Assembly: GCA_965223265.1 (NCBI GenBank)
Contig: OZ244999.1
Coordinates: 4,544,001-4,608,000 of the forward strand
Direction: 5' to 3'
From: Planctomycetota bacterium
GTDB taxonomy: Bacteria > Planctomycetota > UBA8108 > SXIK01
Length of the DNA stretch: 64,000 nucleotides
Shown: piece by piece, positions 1-9,272 of the stretch
Layout of the letters: every line of letters starts with the position of its first letter
How positions within the stretch are numbered: the stretch's first letter is position 1
Translations under genes and position numbers: made by a program
The notes under the pieces: model-generated
What the model saw: only the letters and a program-made list of their open reading frames with translations
The model's database searches: none
Told to the model about the DNA's origin: nothing

Positions 1-629
1 AAGGCGGCTGCGCCCGAGAAGCCGTAGGTGTACGTATCTTCGACTTCCTTGAGCGCGACGTCTTTGCCGACCTGCTCCGGCACCAAGCTCTGACCCAGTT
101 CGACGACGCGAGTGGCGACCGGTTCGCCGCCGCCCTGCACATCGTCACGGAATCGCAACACGACCTTCGCCTCGCCGCGCTGCACGGCGGCTGAGACCGA
201 AATCTTCGCTACTGAAGCGACAGCAGGCAGGACCGCGTTCGGATCGCCAAAGCCGAGGAAGCCAGCCGAAATGGCGCCGTTGCCGCCGGCCAGCTCGGCA
301 CGTTGGAAGCTATTGCCTTCTTGAAAAAGAGGCTCGGCGTCCGTGCCGGCGATCGTGACATCAAATATGTTAGCGGCAGCATCGATCGAGCCATTGTCTT
401 CGATGCCCATAACCGCAGCAGTGCAGCCGAACGACCACGCTTGCGCGCCCGGTCCTTCGCCGTTCTTGGTAATGACGACATCGTACACGCCAGAGGCGAG
501 TGCGAACTTTTCGGCCGAGAGCATGTCTGGGCCAGAGAACCCAATGCTGTACGCCTCCTGCGCGTGCGCGCCTTTCATGAGGAGGACAACCACTAGGGCA
601 GAGAGTGGAAGCATCCAGAGTCTTTTCAT
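1..629 (-). CDS. Secreted cohesin-like domain protein, paralog of 1226..2695 (runs off the left edge; not in the ORF track)
   Basis: Manual translation from ATG 629: MKRLWMLPLSALVVVLLMKGAHAQEAYSIGFSGP...GAQAWSFG...LRFRDDVQGGGEPVATRVVELGQSLVPEQVGKDV, with no stop before base 1; signal peptide (AHA|Q); GGGGAG upstream; aligns by eye with domain 1 of the neighbouring gene. Confidence 0.85.
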   Translation of the reverse strand, partial: MKRLWMLPLSALVVVLLMKGAHAQEAYSIGFSGPDMLSAEKFALASGVYDVVITKNGEGPGAQAWSFGCTAAVMGIEDNGSIDAAANIFDVTIAGTDAEPLFQEGNSFQRAELAGGNGAISAGFLGFGDPNAVLPAVASVAKISVSAAVQRGEAKVVLRFRDDVQGGGEPVATRVVELGQSLVPEQVGKDVALKEVEDTYTYGFSGAAA

Positions 630-1131
630 TTTTTCTCCCCGAAGAAAGAGAATTCAACGATTCGGTGCGGCCGAGCACAGAAGCTGGTTGATCTAAACCT
701 ACGTCCTTTATGCGCCCGATACACACCTACCCAAACCCGACGACCGAAAACCGATTTTTCCCAGTAATCCCAGGAACCGAAACGAAAGTGCAGCTGCTAC
801 GGGCAGCTTTCAGCAAGACTGGCCTCTGTCGAGTCATCACCCCGATCACTTAATGCCACAAGCGAGAATCGAAAACAGTCGCGAAAACTCGCTTGAGGCC
901 CGGATATTTCATGTGACTACGCGCCGCGCAGTAGTGATTGGAGAGCCAACCCTTCCAGTTGAACCCTACAAAGAACCAGCTCGTATTCTATCCACCAGCA
1001 AGGCGCTTGAAAAGGCTGTAATGCAAGGAGTTCGATCGCCGTAGTGCGCGTCGTGAAGTTGTTTGCGATACTTTAGGGTTCTGTTTCGTCCCGACTCCAA
1101 GAGTCGAAACCGACTGCATCCGCGCAGGCAC

Positions 1132-1174
1132 AAAAAAAGCCCCTGAGTGCTCTTTGGAGAGTCACTCAGGGGCT
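1132..1174 (-). terminator. Rho-independent terminator
   Basis: Stem AGCCCCTGAGTG / CACTCAGGGGCT with an A7 run on the left (U-tail on - strand), ~50 bp past the stop at 1226. Confidence 0.85.
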
Positions 1175-1225
1175 CTGACTCTGAAAGCGCGCGGTTTTCC
1201 GCGCGCTCAAATCAGACTTAGCTGA

Positions 1226-2695
1226 TCACGGACAAGAGGAAGCTTCGCAGCTGATCCCTTCGACCGCATCGATCGTGTCGCAACCAGGGAACGGAGCGGC
1301 TGGCTCCGGGCCACCAAGGAAGCGATAGTTGATCAGGTAAGTTGCATCGGCGAGGTCAACCGACAGATCGTCGTTGGCATCAGCGGCGCGCTGACACGGA
1401 CTCGAAGGACCGTTGCGGAAAAGCTCGCTGATGATCCAGATCGGATCCGCGATGTTCACCTTGCCATCGTCGTTACCATCACCACGAATGAACGTGTCGC
1501 CTTGTGGCGGCGCGATCGAAACGCTGAGAATGGCGGTGGACTGGTTGCAAGGAGGAACACTCTTACCGGCGACGGTGAAGACGTTCTTGACCGGCTGGCC
1601 CTGTCCGACGAGACCGTCGTTCAGCTCCAACGTTCCGTCGGCCGTCTCGGCAGCAGGGTCTGCCTTACCGACCGTAAGACGCAGAATCGACTCGGTGCCA
1701 ACCGCGGGCAACGTATCCGGGCAACCGAAACAGATCACGATCGCCGACGTTGCGCCGTCGCGACCACCACTGTCTGCCACGTTCGCCAGGAAGGTCTTGT
1801 TGAAGCCGCCGTTGAGGAACCCGCCGTCGGCGAGTGGCGCAGCAGCGGTGCCATCGGTTGCGACATCAATGACATCGATCCCGCCGAGCTGCTCGATCGA
1901 CAGCGACCAACCTTGGATGTTGTTCTCGCCCATGTTGGAGACAGCGTTGGCATAGATCTCGAAGTCGCCAGTGCGGGCAACCGAGGCGGCGCCACCGCAA
2001 AGACCATCGTCGTTGTAGCCGATGAGGCCTTCGCCAGTCGCCGAATCGTTCTGCACGCGGGCATCCGACCAACCGAAGTTGAACTCACCCGGGTTGCAGC
2101 AGGAAGGTGGCGGAGGCGCCACGTTGATGACCTTGCCAACCTTTTCTGGAACGATACTCTTACCAGCTTCGGTCACGACCGTCTTGACAGGCTGGCCCTG
2201 ACTGATCAGGTCGTCGACAAAGTTGAGCTCGGCAGTGCTGGCTTCATCGCCGACGGGAACGTCGACCGACAGCGTCAGGATATCCGAAGTCGCCTCGAAC
2301 GGCAGCGTGTTGGGACAACCGAAGCAGAGGACGATCGCCGACGTCGCACCTGAACGGCCACCGTTGAGTTCCGGGGGCGCCAGGAACGTCTTGTCGAACC
2401 CGCCGTTGAACTGGTTCGGATCGCTCTTGAAAGGCAAGTCCGTCGACACTCCGGTGATCGAAGCATTCGCCGGTTCAACGCTCATGGACCAACCCTGAGC
2501 ACCAATGGGAGCAGCGGGGTCAGCCGCTGCATGAGTGAGCTGCACGGTGCAAGTAGCGGACTGGGTGCTTCCGGAAGGCCCAGAAACGTCACCCGGTCCG
2601 GCGATCGCCATCGTGTAGTTGTCGACGGCGTACACACCGCCGCAAAGCAAGAGAGCCGAGCAAACGGCTAGACTGGAAAACCAGAAGTTTTTCAT
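1226..2695 (-). CDS. Secreted protein with two tandem cohesin-like domains and a C-terminal dockerin-type I-like domain
   Basis: Start moved to MKNFWF (GAGGAG RBS); signal peptide; internally duplicated domain (QGWS...NGGFxKTFLA...GATSAIVxCFGCPxTLP); C-terminal FIRGDGNDDGKVNIADP...ADANDDLSVDLADA paired Ca-binding loops. Confidence 0.85.
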   Translation of the reverse strand: MKNFWFSSLAVCSALLLCGGVYAVDNYTMAIAGPGDVSGPSGSTQSATCTVQLTHAAADPAAPIGAQGWSMSVEPANASITGVSTDLPFKSDPNQFNGGFDKTFLAPPELNGGRSGATSAIVLCFGCPNTLPFEATSDILTLSVDVPVGDEASTAELNFVDDLISQGQPVKTVVTEAGKSIVPEKVGKVINVAPPPPSCCNPGEFNFGWSDARVQNDSATGEGLIGYNDDGLCGGAASVARTGDFEIYANAVSNMGENNIQGWSLSIEQLGGIDVIDVATDGTAAAPLADGGFLNGGFNKTFLANVADSGGRDGATSAIVICFGCPDTLPAVGTESILRLTVGKADPAAETADGTLELNDGLVGQGQPVKNVFTVAGKSVPPCNQSTAILSVSIAPPQGDTFIRGDGNDDGKVNIADPIWIISELFRNGPSSPCQRAADANDDLSVDLADATYLINYRFLGGPEPAAPFPGCDTIDAVEGISCEASSCP

Positions 2696-3112
2696 TTTTT
2701 CGTTCTCCTCTCTCGTGCAGCCCAAATTTGGCTGCAAGGAAGAAACATTTGAGAGGCCGCCTAGACAAGCTAGAAAGCCTACCCGAGAAGACCCTTAAAA
2801 CCCGAAAGTCACCGAATTCACCGAAACGTCCGAAGAATCACACTCCGCGGACGGTCGAACCGTTGTGTCCGAAGCCAAGAGAGCTACTCCGACAGTGCGG
2901 AAAGCCGATGTCAGGCTTCTGAAGAAACAACTCGTTCATCCTACCCAAAACAACTTGCTCTAAGTGTGAACCGCCAAGATCAGGGCAGATCACTCCCGAA
3001 ATAGAGCATTCAGATTCTATCCCGCCCCTGGTCCCATGAAAAGAAAGTTTTCGTTGATTCTCATCAGAATCCGCGGTTGCGTCTGTCGCCGTCTCGAGCA
3101 AGCGGACAGCTC

Positions 3113-3159
3113 AAAAAAAAAGGCTCCATGACCACTGCCCTAGCGGCGGTCATGGAGCC
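3113..3159 (-). terminator. Rho-independent terminator
   Basis: Stem GGCTCCATGACC / GGTCATGGAGCC with an A9 run on the left, 40 bp past the stop at 3200. Confidence 0.88.
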
Positions 3160-3199
3160 CTACTCTCACGAGTGAGACCTCACAGATAAGGCTTCTTTC

Positions 3200-5146
3200 C
3201 TATCTGATACAGGCGGTGCCTCCCTCGCAGTCAAGGTGGTCCGGAGTCGGGTCTGGACCGGGCTTCGAGAACGTCCCGTCCATGTTGAGACCGCTTCCAG
3301 GAGCCGGCGGGAATGAACCACCCTTGAACAGGTAGTTGAGGATGCAGAAGGCATCGGCGAGGTCAAGACGACCGTCGTCGTTGCAATCGCACGCATCGTC
3401 ACATGGTGGCTCAAACATCACCCAGAAATTCGGGAACAGGTAGCTGACGACCGACGCGGCGTCCGCGATATTGATCGCCATTCCCATTTCCTCGCCCGAG
3501 AAGTTGCAGTCACCGCGGAAGAACACCGCGTTGCCAACGACGTTGACGTTGCAGTTGGTCGTCTGCGGCGAGCGTGCCTGATTCTCAGCGGAGATGATGT
3601 TCTTGTTCGGCACCTTGGTGGTGCCATTGAGACCGTCTTCAAAAGCCAGCGCGAGTGAAGAGTCACACTTGGCGTTCTCGGAGATAGCGAAATCGATACA
3701 GCCAATGCTCTGGAAATCAGGCAGCGGCGGAATCGTAGCGCCATCGAAAGGCGGTTGAGCATCCACCAACACAGCGATGACGAGCTCACAGCCGTCACCG
3801 TCGTTCGGATCGTTGTCGCGCTGCGTTGCTACGAACTCAGCACCGATGGCCTCGAGGATCGTCCCCGAGATATCGAGATCCGAAACGGCCTGCATCTGGC
3901 AATCGAACGACAGCACCATGGAGAGACCCTGAATGTGATCCGGCTGTTCCGGAACACCTGGGTTGTTGTCCTCGGGGCTACGCACGAAGAAACAGACCTC
4001 GACGATATCGCCCTGCTGACCCGTCACATCCGTGATCGTGCCATCCGGCTGCATAACGCCGCAAGCAAACGCCTGCTGACAGTCGGAGTCCTCAAGGTCC
4101 GTCGCGCCGTCGCCGTCATTGTCGATGCCGTCGTCGCAAATGCGCTCAACGTTATCCTGAATGATCGGCAAAATCTCGACGGCACCGTCGTCGCGGTCGT
4201 CGATATCGAACGATTGACCACCAGCGACAAAGACGTTGTCCTTCGCCGGATCGCCGAGGACACCGTTACAGAACGCAAGCGGCGACAGGAACGGGGATTC
4301 ACCCGGAGCCGGACTGTTCAGGACGTTGTAGTTGTAGACCGCAACGTCATGGACGCCCGGTGCCAACGTCTGGCCCGCGAACGGCTCAACAACGTCGTAG
4401 ATCACAGCGATCCAACCGCCCGCACCCGGGTCGACTTCCGTAGCGATGAACTCCGCGTCAGCGGAAGCACTGCCAGGATCGATGCTGGTGAGCTGCAAAT
4501 CGCCGCCGTCGTGGCAAAGAGCGACGACAAAACCTTCGACGTCGACGCAGTTCTCAAGAACCACTGTCGCCGAAGCGGTGTTGTTACCTTCGTTGCTGCC
4601 GGCGACCGTCAGCCGCGGCAAACAATCGACAACCGTGATCAAGGCGTCACCGCCGAGACCGAGGCCATCGCCCGCACCGATGGAAAGCCCGCCGACAACA
4701 ATGATGTTGTCGAGAAGTGGGCCACCGTCGACCGTGGCGTACTTGCCATCAACGAACTGAAGGTTCAGATCGCCGATCGCGAGCGTGTTGATGACGGCGG
4801 TACCAAGGTCGCTGCTGCCAGCGGGAATGACCTGACCAGCTGTGCCGTCATTGTCCATGACAACGCCGAGAACCATGTAGTCGGCCTCGACGCGCTTGAC
4901 GCGGGTATCCGCGCTCATGACAAGCGCCGACATGAGGAAATCGACGCCCGATCCTTTCGCGCCGTCCCATTCGAAAGCCGCCACCAAGCCTTGAACTTCG
5001 GAGTCCGAGTTCAAGGTCAAGGAGACGTTGGCATTCTCGCCAACTTTAACAGTGTCGCTTCCAAGCTCCAAACTGTTCTGACCCATTAGAGGCAGGGCCA
5101 GCAAACAGAAGGCTGGAAGGAAACTCCAGTACCTCAATTGCTTCAT
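3200..5146 (-). CDS. Secreted acidic protein with cohesin-like domains, a CDDGIDNDGDG Cys/Asp motif and a C-terminal dockerin-type domain
   Basis: 648 aa; GAGGAGG RBS; signal peptide; three beta-sandwich-like repeats (QGL/EGF...F.DG...N); CDDGIDNDGDGATDLEDSDC; FFRGDCN...DCNDDGRLDLADA. Confidence 0.85.
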   Translation of the reverse strand: MKQLRYWSFLPAFCLLALPLMGQNSLELGSDTVKVGENANVSLTLNSDSEVQGLVAAFEWDGAKGSGVDFLMSALVMSADTRVKRVEADYMVLGVVMDNDGTAGQVIPAGSSDLGTAVINTLAIGDLNLQFVDGKYATVDGGPLLDNIIVVGGLSIGAGDGLGLGGDALITVVDCLPRLTVAGSNEGNNTASATVVLENCVDVEGFVVALCHDGGDLQLTSIDPGSASADAEFIATEVDPGAGGWIAVIYDVVEPFAGQTLAPGVHDVAVYNYNVLNSPAPGESPFLSPLAFCNGVLGDPAKDNVFVAGGQSFDIDDRDDGAVEILPIIQDNVERICDDGIDNDGDGATDLEDSDCQQAFACGVMQPDGTITDVTGQQGDIVEVCFFVRSPEDNNPGVPEQPDHIQGLSMVLSFDCQMQAVSDLDISGTILEAIGAEFVATQRDNDPNDGDGCELVIAVLVDAQPPFDGATIPPLPDFQSIGCIDFAISENAKCDSSLALAFEDGLNGTTKVPNKNIISAENQARSPQTTNCNVNVVGNAVFFRGDCNFSGEEMGMAINIADAASVVSYLFPNFWVMFEPPCDDACDCNDDGRLDLADAFCILNYLFKGGSFPPAPGSGLNMDGTFSKPGPDPTPDHLDCEGGTACIR

Positions 5147-6025
5147 CTTTTCCTCCTCGAGGCATCATGCTCCAACGTAATGATCATTGAGAGCGGGTTG
5201 TCCCAACCCTGCTGAACGCAGCACCTCCAAGTGATGGTCCCGGACTTAGTGGTTCGAATCGGTTTCGGTGTCTCTTTTAATTCGCGTTTCCGCGCGCGCA
5301 TTCACCAACAGCCTTCATGAATGCGGACCGACGCTCAATCGGCACAAGATTGTCACGGCGAAGCGACGCAGGGTCTCCCTAATCGACCCGCATGTCAGCG
5401 TCCGCCTTCCCAACTCAGCCAGGCGTCAATTCTAACGGGAAACTGCCGACGGGGCGACCCCATCGTCGATGAATAACTTATTTTGCTCTCTTCACTACGT
5501 GCCAATGCTGCCTCACATGGTCTGGGGAAAACAGACCCGAAGAGGGTTGCACGAATGCTCACGACGAGCGTTTCTCCGCAGAGAACGAACCTCGACATCA
5601 CGAAAGAAAGTGTCGAGAGGAGAAACAAGCGAAAATACTCACCGCAAGACCCTGACAACCTGAATCCTCGCAATCCTTCCAGAATCCGTCCCGCGGTTGC
5701 AACCGCGCGTCACCCAACCACAGACGAGCGCATGGCCTACCCGCGACACTCGTCTGGATCATGGTCCCAAACCCAGGCCTCCTCATAATACCGACGGTAA
5801 AATTCAGAGTCAAATCTGATCTTGACCAAAAAGCCCGCTGCGCCTCAGGCACGAAGCTCGCCCCAAGTGAGGGTCACGGCGCCGCGTTGAAGTCGTGATT
5901 CGGCACGACTCATTCGCTAAGTCTGGCGGTTCAGGGCACGTGTTGGCGTTCTTTCAACCGGTTGTTAGGGGCCCCGAATCGTCGATGCCCTGCGGAAGCT
6001 TGGCGGCGACTCTCAAGCCGCAGGG

Positions 6026-7246
6026 TCAATCGCTGGGTGGCGCTGACGTCACTTCCCGGAATCGGCGCCGGAGAAAATTGAACGCCTTGCGCGACATGTA
6101 AGCGGCCATGAGTAGCGACGTGTAATGCCCCGTCGGCAGAATCTCACACTCGGGGTGCTGCAACTTCTCTTTGAGGAGAAGGCCGTTGGCGATCGGGACC
6201 TTGTCGTCGTGGCGTGCGAGCACCAGGAGCACCCGCTCGTTCGAAATCGCCGCAGCGTAGTGACCTGGCTCCAGCACCAAGTGGTGCGCGAACTCATCGC
6301 GAACCTCGCTCGCAGTGACGCCATGTGCCCGCCATCGCCTCTTCAGATAGTGAGTGACGCCGTACTCGTTTGAGTCTTGGAGAATGTCAGGCAGATCAAC
6401 TCCACCAATGCAGAGCACGTTCGCCACGAGAAGCGGCTCAACCGCGATGAGCGGCACGTTACGAATCGCCCCAAGGCTGATCCCAAGGCTGCCGATCCGG
6501 CGACGATCGACGTCCGGCAACGTCGCCATGAGATGAAGGATCTTGCGGTTGTCCACCAGAGTCTCGCGCAGGAGGGCGTCGTGTCCCAGGGCATCAAGTT
6601 GCGCCGACAGAATACTGTCTTCCTGGTAGACGAAAAACGCTGACATACCGACGCTCGCCGCGTAGCGACAAAAGAGTCGAGAAGGCACGTAGTCACTCGC
6701 TGCGCCGGCAAGAATCGGCGCCACGAGCACAAGCGGCACAGCCTCCCCCACCAGCCTTCTCTTGGTGCGGTAGTACTCACCTTTGACCGTCTTGAATCGC
6801 TGCGTCGTCTCCGAGTACGTCGTCGCCGAAATCCTTAAGCACTCAAATCCAGCCGTTTCACTGACCGGATCAAGGCGCAGATCGAACGCACGGTGCCGCG
6901 GCGTCAACGGAGCCGTGAACGCGGCTTCAAGTTGGCGCAGCGGGCGGGTAGGCGCCTGACGCGGCAGGTGCTCGCAGGAGCAAACGCACAAAATCAAACA
7001 GGCGAGCCAGAGACGGCGTCGGATGCGGAGAAACGCGCGGAGCCAAGCGTTTGCGTTTGCGTTTGCGTTTGCGTGGGCGTGGGCGTGGGCGATTCTGTCT
7101 CTGTCTCTGTCTCTGTCTCTGTCTCTGTCTCTGTCTCTGTCTCTGTCTCTGTCTCTGTCTCTGTCTCTGTCTCTGTCTCTGTCTCTGTCTCTGTCTCTGT
7201 CTCTGTCTCTGTCTCTGTCTCTCTCCAAGAGCATCCCCGTGCTCAC
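6026..7246 (-). CDS. Alpha/beta-hydrolase-fold lipoprotein with an N-terminal dipeptide-repeat insertion
   Basis: GISLG (GxSxG) nucleophile elbow, DDKVP acid and GHY His; lipobox-like LILCVCSC; GTG start overlaps the upstream TGA stop (GTGA at 7243-7246). Confidence 0.75.
   Translation of the reverse strand: MSTGMLLERDRDRDRDRDRDRDRDRDRDRDRDRDRDRDRDRDRDRDRDRDRIAHAHAHANANANANAWLRAFLRIRRRLWLACLILCVCSCEHLPRQAPTRPLRQLEAAFTAPLTPRHRAFDLRLDPVSETAGFECLRISATTYSETTQRFKTVKGEYYRTKRRLVGEAVPLVLVAPILAGAASDYVPSRLFCRYAASVGMSAFFVYQEDSILSAQLDALGHDALLRETLVDNRKILHLMATLPDVDRRRIGSLGISLGAIRNVPLIAVEPLLVANVLCIGGVDLPDILQDSNEYGVTHYLKRRWRAHGVTASEVRDEFAHHLVLEPGHYAAAISNERVLLVLARHDDKVPIANGLLLKEKLQHPECEILPTGHYTSLLMAAYMSRKAFNFLRRRFREVTSAPPSD
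7047..7220. repeat. Compound hexamer microsatellite (GCGTTT)4(GCGTGG)3...(CTGTCT)21
   Basis: Read directly: GCGTTT x4 at 7047-7070, GCGTGG x3 at 7071-7088, CTGTCT x21 at 7095-7220. Confidence 0.97.
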
Positions 7247-8274
7247 CCCTTAACCTCAGCTTTTTGGCGCAGTCGACGCATCAGTTCCTGGCGCTCCTCG
7301 ACTGTCGGCGCGCGGTTGCGATAGAGCGCCTCAACGTCCGCCTTGACGTCGTCTAGCTTCGTCGTCCGGCGCTCGACGAGCTCGACGATATGCGCTCCTT
7401 CTGAAGACATGATCACGCCACTGCGCGGGGCCTGCGGCGTCAGCTGTGCGACGGTCCGCTCAAACTCTTCGCCGTAAATCCCCTTGCGGTACTGAGGGAT
7501 GCGCCCGTCATTCTCACGTCCGACGGGATCATCGGTGTACTGCCTGACCGCCTGGCCAAAGTCGAGTCCGGCATCCAGCTCGGCGAGTACTCGCGTGGCT
7601 TGCGTCTGTGCCTCCGAAGGGCCACGCCGCACGTTGCGGCCCACTGGTTTGAGCGCGATCAGAATGTGCCTGAGCACCAGCTGCACCCCACCGGGTCCAT
7701 AGACGCGTTCGAACTCGCGCTCGAGCAGGGCGTCCGTGACCTCGCGGGTTTGGCGAATGACTTCGTCCTCCAGAGTCGCGTAGTAGATTCTCTGGCGTCG
7801 CCGCGCTCTGTATTCGTCGATCGAAGTTCGACGGGCGCGCAGTGCCGCCGCAAACTTCTGCTCATCACCGCTGTATCGGCTCGCGACCACACGCTTCATC
7901 TCTTCGGCAAGCTCGGTCTCAACTTGCGACGGCGCGACTTCGATCTGCAAACGGTTCGCCTCCTCCTCGAGCAAGATGCGGTTGATGTACTCGTCGAGCC
8001 TTGACTTGCCGAATGTCGCAACCAAGTAGCTCGCGTACTCTTCGAGAGTGACGTCGCGGTTGTTGACCCTCGCCAACACGCCCTGGGGAAGTGGAGCCAC
8101 CGGGGCCCTTCCTGTTTCACCAGCCGCGCTGGACGGCGGAGCCTGCGATGCGTCGGGCGACTTGGCCTCTTGCACTGCAGGCGTCCCTGCCGCCGGGTCT
8201 GCCGCGTTCTCCTGCGCCGAAACAGTCGCGGCCGCGATCCAGGCGAGGACGAAAGCCGCGGCGCACCGCACCAC
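7243..8274 (-). CDS. PpiC/parvulin-type peptidylprolyl isomerase (SurA/PrsA-like foldase)
   Basis: Signal peptide (AFVLAWIAAATVSA|QE), LARVNNRDVT SurA-N-like start, RHILI and FGQAVRQYTDDP...NDGRI parvulin motifs; start uncertain (frame open to 8538). Confidence 0.8.
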   Translation of the reverse strand: MVRCAAAFVLAWIAAATVSAQENAADPAAGTPAVQEAKSPDASQAPPSSAAGETGRAPVAPLPQGVLARVNNRDVTLEEYASYLVATFGKSRLDEYINRILLEEEANRLQIEVAPSQVETELAEEMKRVVASRYSGDEQKFAAALRARRTSIDEYRARRRQRIYYATLEDEVIRQTREVTDALLEREFERVYGPGGVQLVLRHILIALKPVGRNVRRGPSEAQTQATRVLAELDAGLDFGQAVRQYTDDPVGRENDGRIPQYRKGIYGEEFERTVAQLTPQAPRSGVIMSSEGAHIVELVERRTTKLDDVKADVEALYRNRAPTVEERQELMRRLRQKAEVKG

Positions 8275-8768
8275 TGCCGGCGACCGCCCCGTCCACGCTC
8301 CGGCGCATTCGATGCGTTGCGATGCGAATCGGTACCGCGCCCTAAGGCGCAAGATCTTAACTATCAACGGCTTGCCAGAAAGGAAACAGAGTCGGTCCAT
8401 GCGTTCACCTCCGCGGCTCTGAAACACCCTGCGCACCGATCGCCCCCTCCACAACCTGGAGGAAGGGAGGAGCCATCGGCCGCGCCGGCGAAACTTGAGA
8501 ACATCGCCTCCAAGAGACGTTCCCCGGCCGGCAAACATTCACCACGCTTGCGCTCACCGAACGCAAGCCGCGCGTCCAGAGCCTTCGCCCCCCTATCATC
8601 GGCCGACGCCAGCAGATATGTGCGCCTGTAGGCTCCCGCGGCGCAGTTATCAGCCGTTGGTCGCCCTATGATCAGCCGAACCGCGGACGAGCCATTCATC
8701 CGCTTAGTGGCACGACGCCTGCATGTCGCCGGCAGAAGCCTTTGGGCGCCGCCGGCTGTCCTCTGGGG

Positions 8769-9212
8769 CTATTCCTTGCTCTCGTCTTCGGCGTCGGAAC
8801 TGCCGTCTTCTTCGGCGGAGACGGTCACGGCTGCCTCGGGTTGATCCTGGACGAACCCGAAGATCACCTGCGCCGCTTTGTCACCAAGGCGGCGCTCGCC
8901 GCTCCTGAGGACCCGCGTGTACCCACCCGGACGCGACCGGTAGGCGGGACCGATCTCCTCGAAGAGCTTGTGCACCATATCTTCATCGCGCAGCAGCTTG
9001 AGGCCGCGACGGTAGTTGTGCAGAGTCTTGTTGCGCCCGAGCGAGATGAGCTTTTCGACGAACGGTTGCACGAACTTCGCCTTTTGCCGCGTCGTCACGA
9101 TATATCCGCGGCCGCCGTATTCCAGAAACAGGCTGCGAGCAAGGTTACGCCTCAGGGCCAGCCGGTGGGCCGTGCTGCGATTGAGCTTTCTTCCGTGAAT
9201 TCGATGTCGCAT
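8769..9212 (-). CDS. rplQ: 50S ribosomal protein L17
   Basis: MRHRIHGRKLNRSTAHR...RPGGYTRVL. Confidence 0.97.
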   Translation of the reverse strand: MRHRIHGRKLNRSTAHRLALRRNLARSLFLEYGGRGYIVTTRQKAKFVQPFVEKLISLGRNKTLHNYRRGLKLLRDEDMVHKLFEEIGPAYRSRPGGYTRVLRSGERRLGDKAAQVIFGFVQDQPEAAVTVSAEEDGSSDAEDESKE

Positions 9213-9272
9213 GGGAGGTAATCCTTCGGCGCTATCTTTCCGAGCTATGCCTTTCCGAGCTATGCCTTTCCG

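Noticed and set aside
1040-1130. Possible c-di-GMP-I riboswitch on the - strand (hairpin followed by GGACGAAAC...CCTAAAG)
   Set aside because: Lacks the GAAA tetraloop and a convincing P1/P3 pairing; too weak to call.
6893-7356. Plus-strand ORFs with (SV)n, (SL)n and (CL)n
   Set aside because: Antisense shadows of the microsatellite; the - strand hydrolase frame has the coupled start and catalytic motifs.
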